Positions 42,317-64,000 of a stretch of DNA of 64,000 nt are shown here, piece by piece; the first letter of the stretch is position 1, and each line of letters starts with the position of its first letter. Source of the stretch: Styela clava (Eukaryota); the NCBI RefSeq assembly GCF_964204865.1, contig NC_135253.1, positions 25,172,001-25,236,000 of the forward strand, in the 5' to 3' direction. The position numbers were made by a program, and so were the translations under genes. The notes below the pieces were generated by a model. That model was not told where the DNA came from. It did no database searches and worked only from the letters and a program-made list of their open reading frames with translations.

Positions 42317-42505
42317 AGTGACTGTGGCCCCATCAGAATTTCGTGGCGCAAGACGACGCCCCTTCCCCTATTTATGTGTCATGGATCAGATTTTATTTGC
42401 ATATCAGTGCCTGTGGCGCCATCAGAATTTCGTGGCGCAAGACGACGCCTCCTTCCACTATTTGTGTGTCATGGATCGGATTTTAATAGGTTATTTGCAT
42501 ATCAG
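42317..42505. repeat. Two-copy ~89-bp tandem duplication
   Basis: CAGTG.CTGTGGC.CCATCAGAATTTCGTGGCGCAAGACGACGCC.CCTTCC.CTATTT.TGTGTCATGGATC.GATTTTA repeated. Confidence 0.85.
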
Positions 42506-43874
42506 TTTTGTAGAAGTTCTTTCGACAAGCAGACATCGATATGTAATTGCTGTAATGTTTTTGAAGAATCTTTCCAGTATGGCATGAAACCAAATTATTT
42601 TAGCTTTGTATAATAAGAACAACCGTTGCCGCCCCTTTCACACCCCTTCTGTTACATGACAGTCTTTCTCAGATTCAACTTTTCGAAAGCTAACGATAGT
42701 TTGCTTAGGAGTTGTGAACCGTTCCCATTCTAATAGAACAAACTATAACTGTTATGTACAATAGGTCCTTGCTATGACCTATGCTTCTCACCCCAGCTAC
42801 GTTCAAAAATTGTCAGGAATTTAGAAAAAACCGAAAAACTGCGCACCCGAAAACTTTGCTATTTATTTTCATGTTATCAATGCAAAGCTCCCAAACCTAC
42901 AAAACCGCTCTGTGAACCGTATTGGGGTCCAAGAGCCCCCAATTGGGAAAAACCATGCTTTGTTGTCGATATTTTCAACGTATAATCTGTCATACATTTT
43001 TATTACATCTGGGTCCGCGCTTTTGAATTGTAGTCTTACGCGAGATACAACCACAGCAGCTGGCACCCATTCTTTTATTTCGTCTCCATATTATGAAAAC
43101 AAAGCTGACAGACTCCACTTACCCCTAAAATATTGTGGGGATGGACACATTGGGTCTATGTACCCATGTTGGGGACCACTTGATCAGGTTCTTCGTTTGC
43201 AGCGGTATAATATGATTTGTTACACTTTCAAGTACGGCCCAAACGTATTTTGTGGTAGACGGACGGCCATGCATGTTCGACCATACATGTTAATATCCCA
43301 AGTAATTAGCATATTAAATACAATAGGGTTGCATGTGATTTATGATGTAATACGCCGGATATTGTTTCGTTATGAATAGGCATTGTTGAGTCACAATGTA
43401 TACAATATACCTCACATATAAATAGCATATATACCTCACAGTAATTAGCATATTTAAGTTGATTGTGATTTATGATGTAATACACAAGTTGGCAACCGGA
43501 TATTGTTTCGTTTTAAATAGGTATTGTTGGGTCACAACGTTGAAACCTATGTAGTTCTTATGACATAATGCAATATACCTCACAGCATTAATAATAATGT
43601 CGATGAAACCCGTGAGTTGGTGTAATGATAACACTTTCAATGCATTACGGTAAAGATATTTTTAAACCCATTATGCGTGCAAGTATTGAAGATTAAGATT
43701 TATCCAAGTCATAAGACGTGTAATGCATCCCTGAGTGCTCCTAACTTTGCTCAGAGATTAGTCTTTTTTACTTCTTAGTGAGTGCTTGTAACTTTGCTAT
43801 GAAGTTGAGTACAGAGGCGAACCAATGTCTCAAGTCTCTTCAACTCTGATTTCAACTATTCTTTTCATATTCAG

Positions 43875-63998
<20,124 letters not shown>

Positions 63999-64000
63999 TA

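Overview
This is AT-rich, intron-rich animal genomic DNA, not prokaryotic. An invertebrate chordate such as an ascidian is my inference from composition, gene structure and protein similarity; it cannot be proven here. The right third (43875 to window end, + strand) holds the 3' part of an otoferlin-like type II ferlin gene, which I reconstruct as phase-consistent GT-AG exons from C2de through the linker and C2E to the start of C2F. The first C2F exon is tandemly duplicated (two 99-nt copies, probably mutually exclusive), and the linker has three symmetric cassette micro-exons. I found no upstream ferlin exon by eye in the first 43.8 kb, which may be one very large intron. That region carries two tandem paralogous multi-exon genes on the - strand (31024-33423 and 21374-23934). 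They encode secreted pre-pro-proteins with a ~105-aa six-cysteine C-terminal domain resembling neurotrophin/Spaetzle cystine-knot ligands but lacking knot cysteines III and VI. The second copy has an in-frame stop in its first coding exon. The rest is MITEs (hAT-, Mutator- and Merlin/hAT-like), tRNA-derived SINEs, a 47-bp minisatellite and local duplications. Most ORFs in the supplied track are spurious. Comparisons to human and fly proteins are from memory, not database searches.
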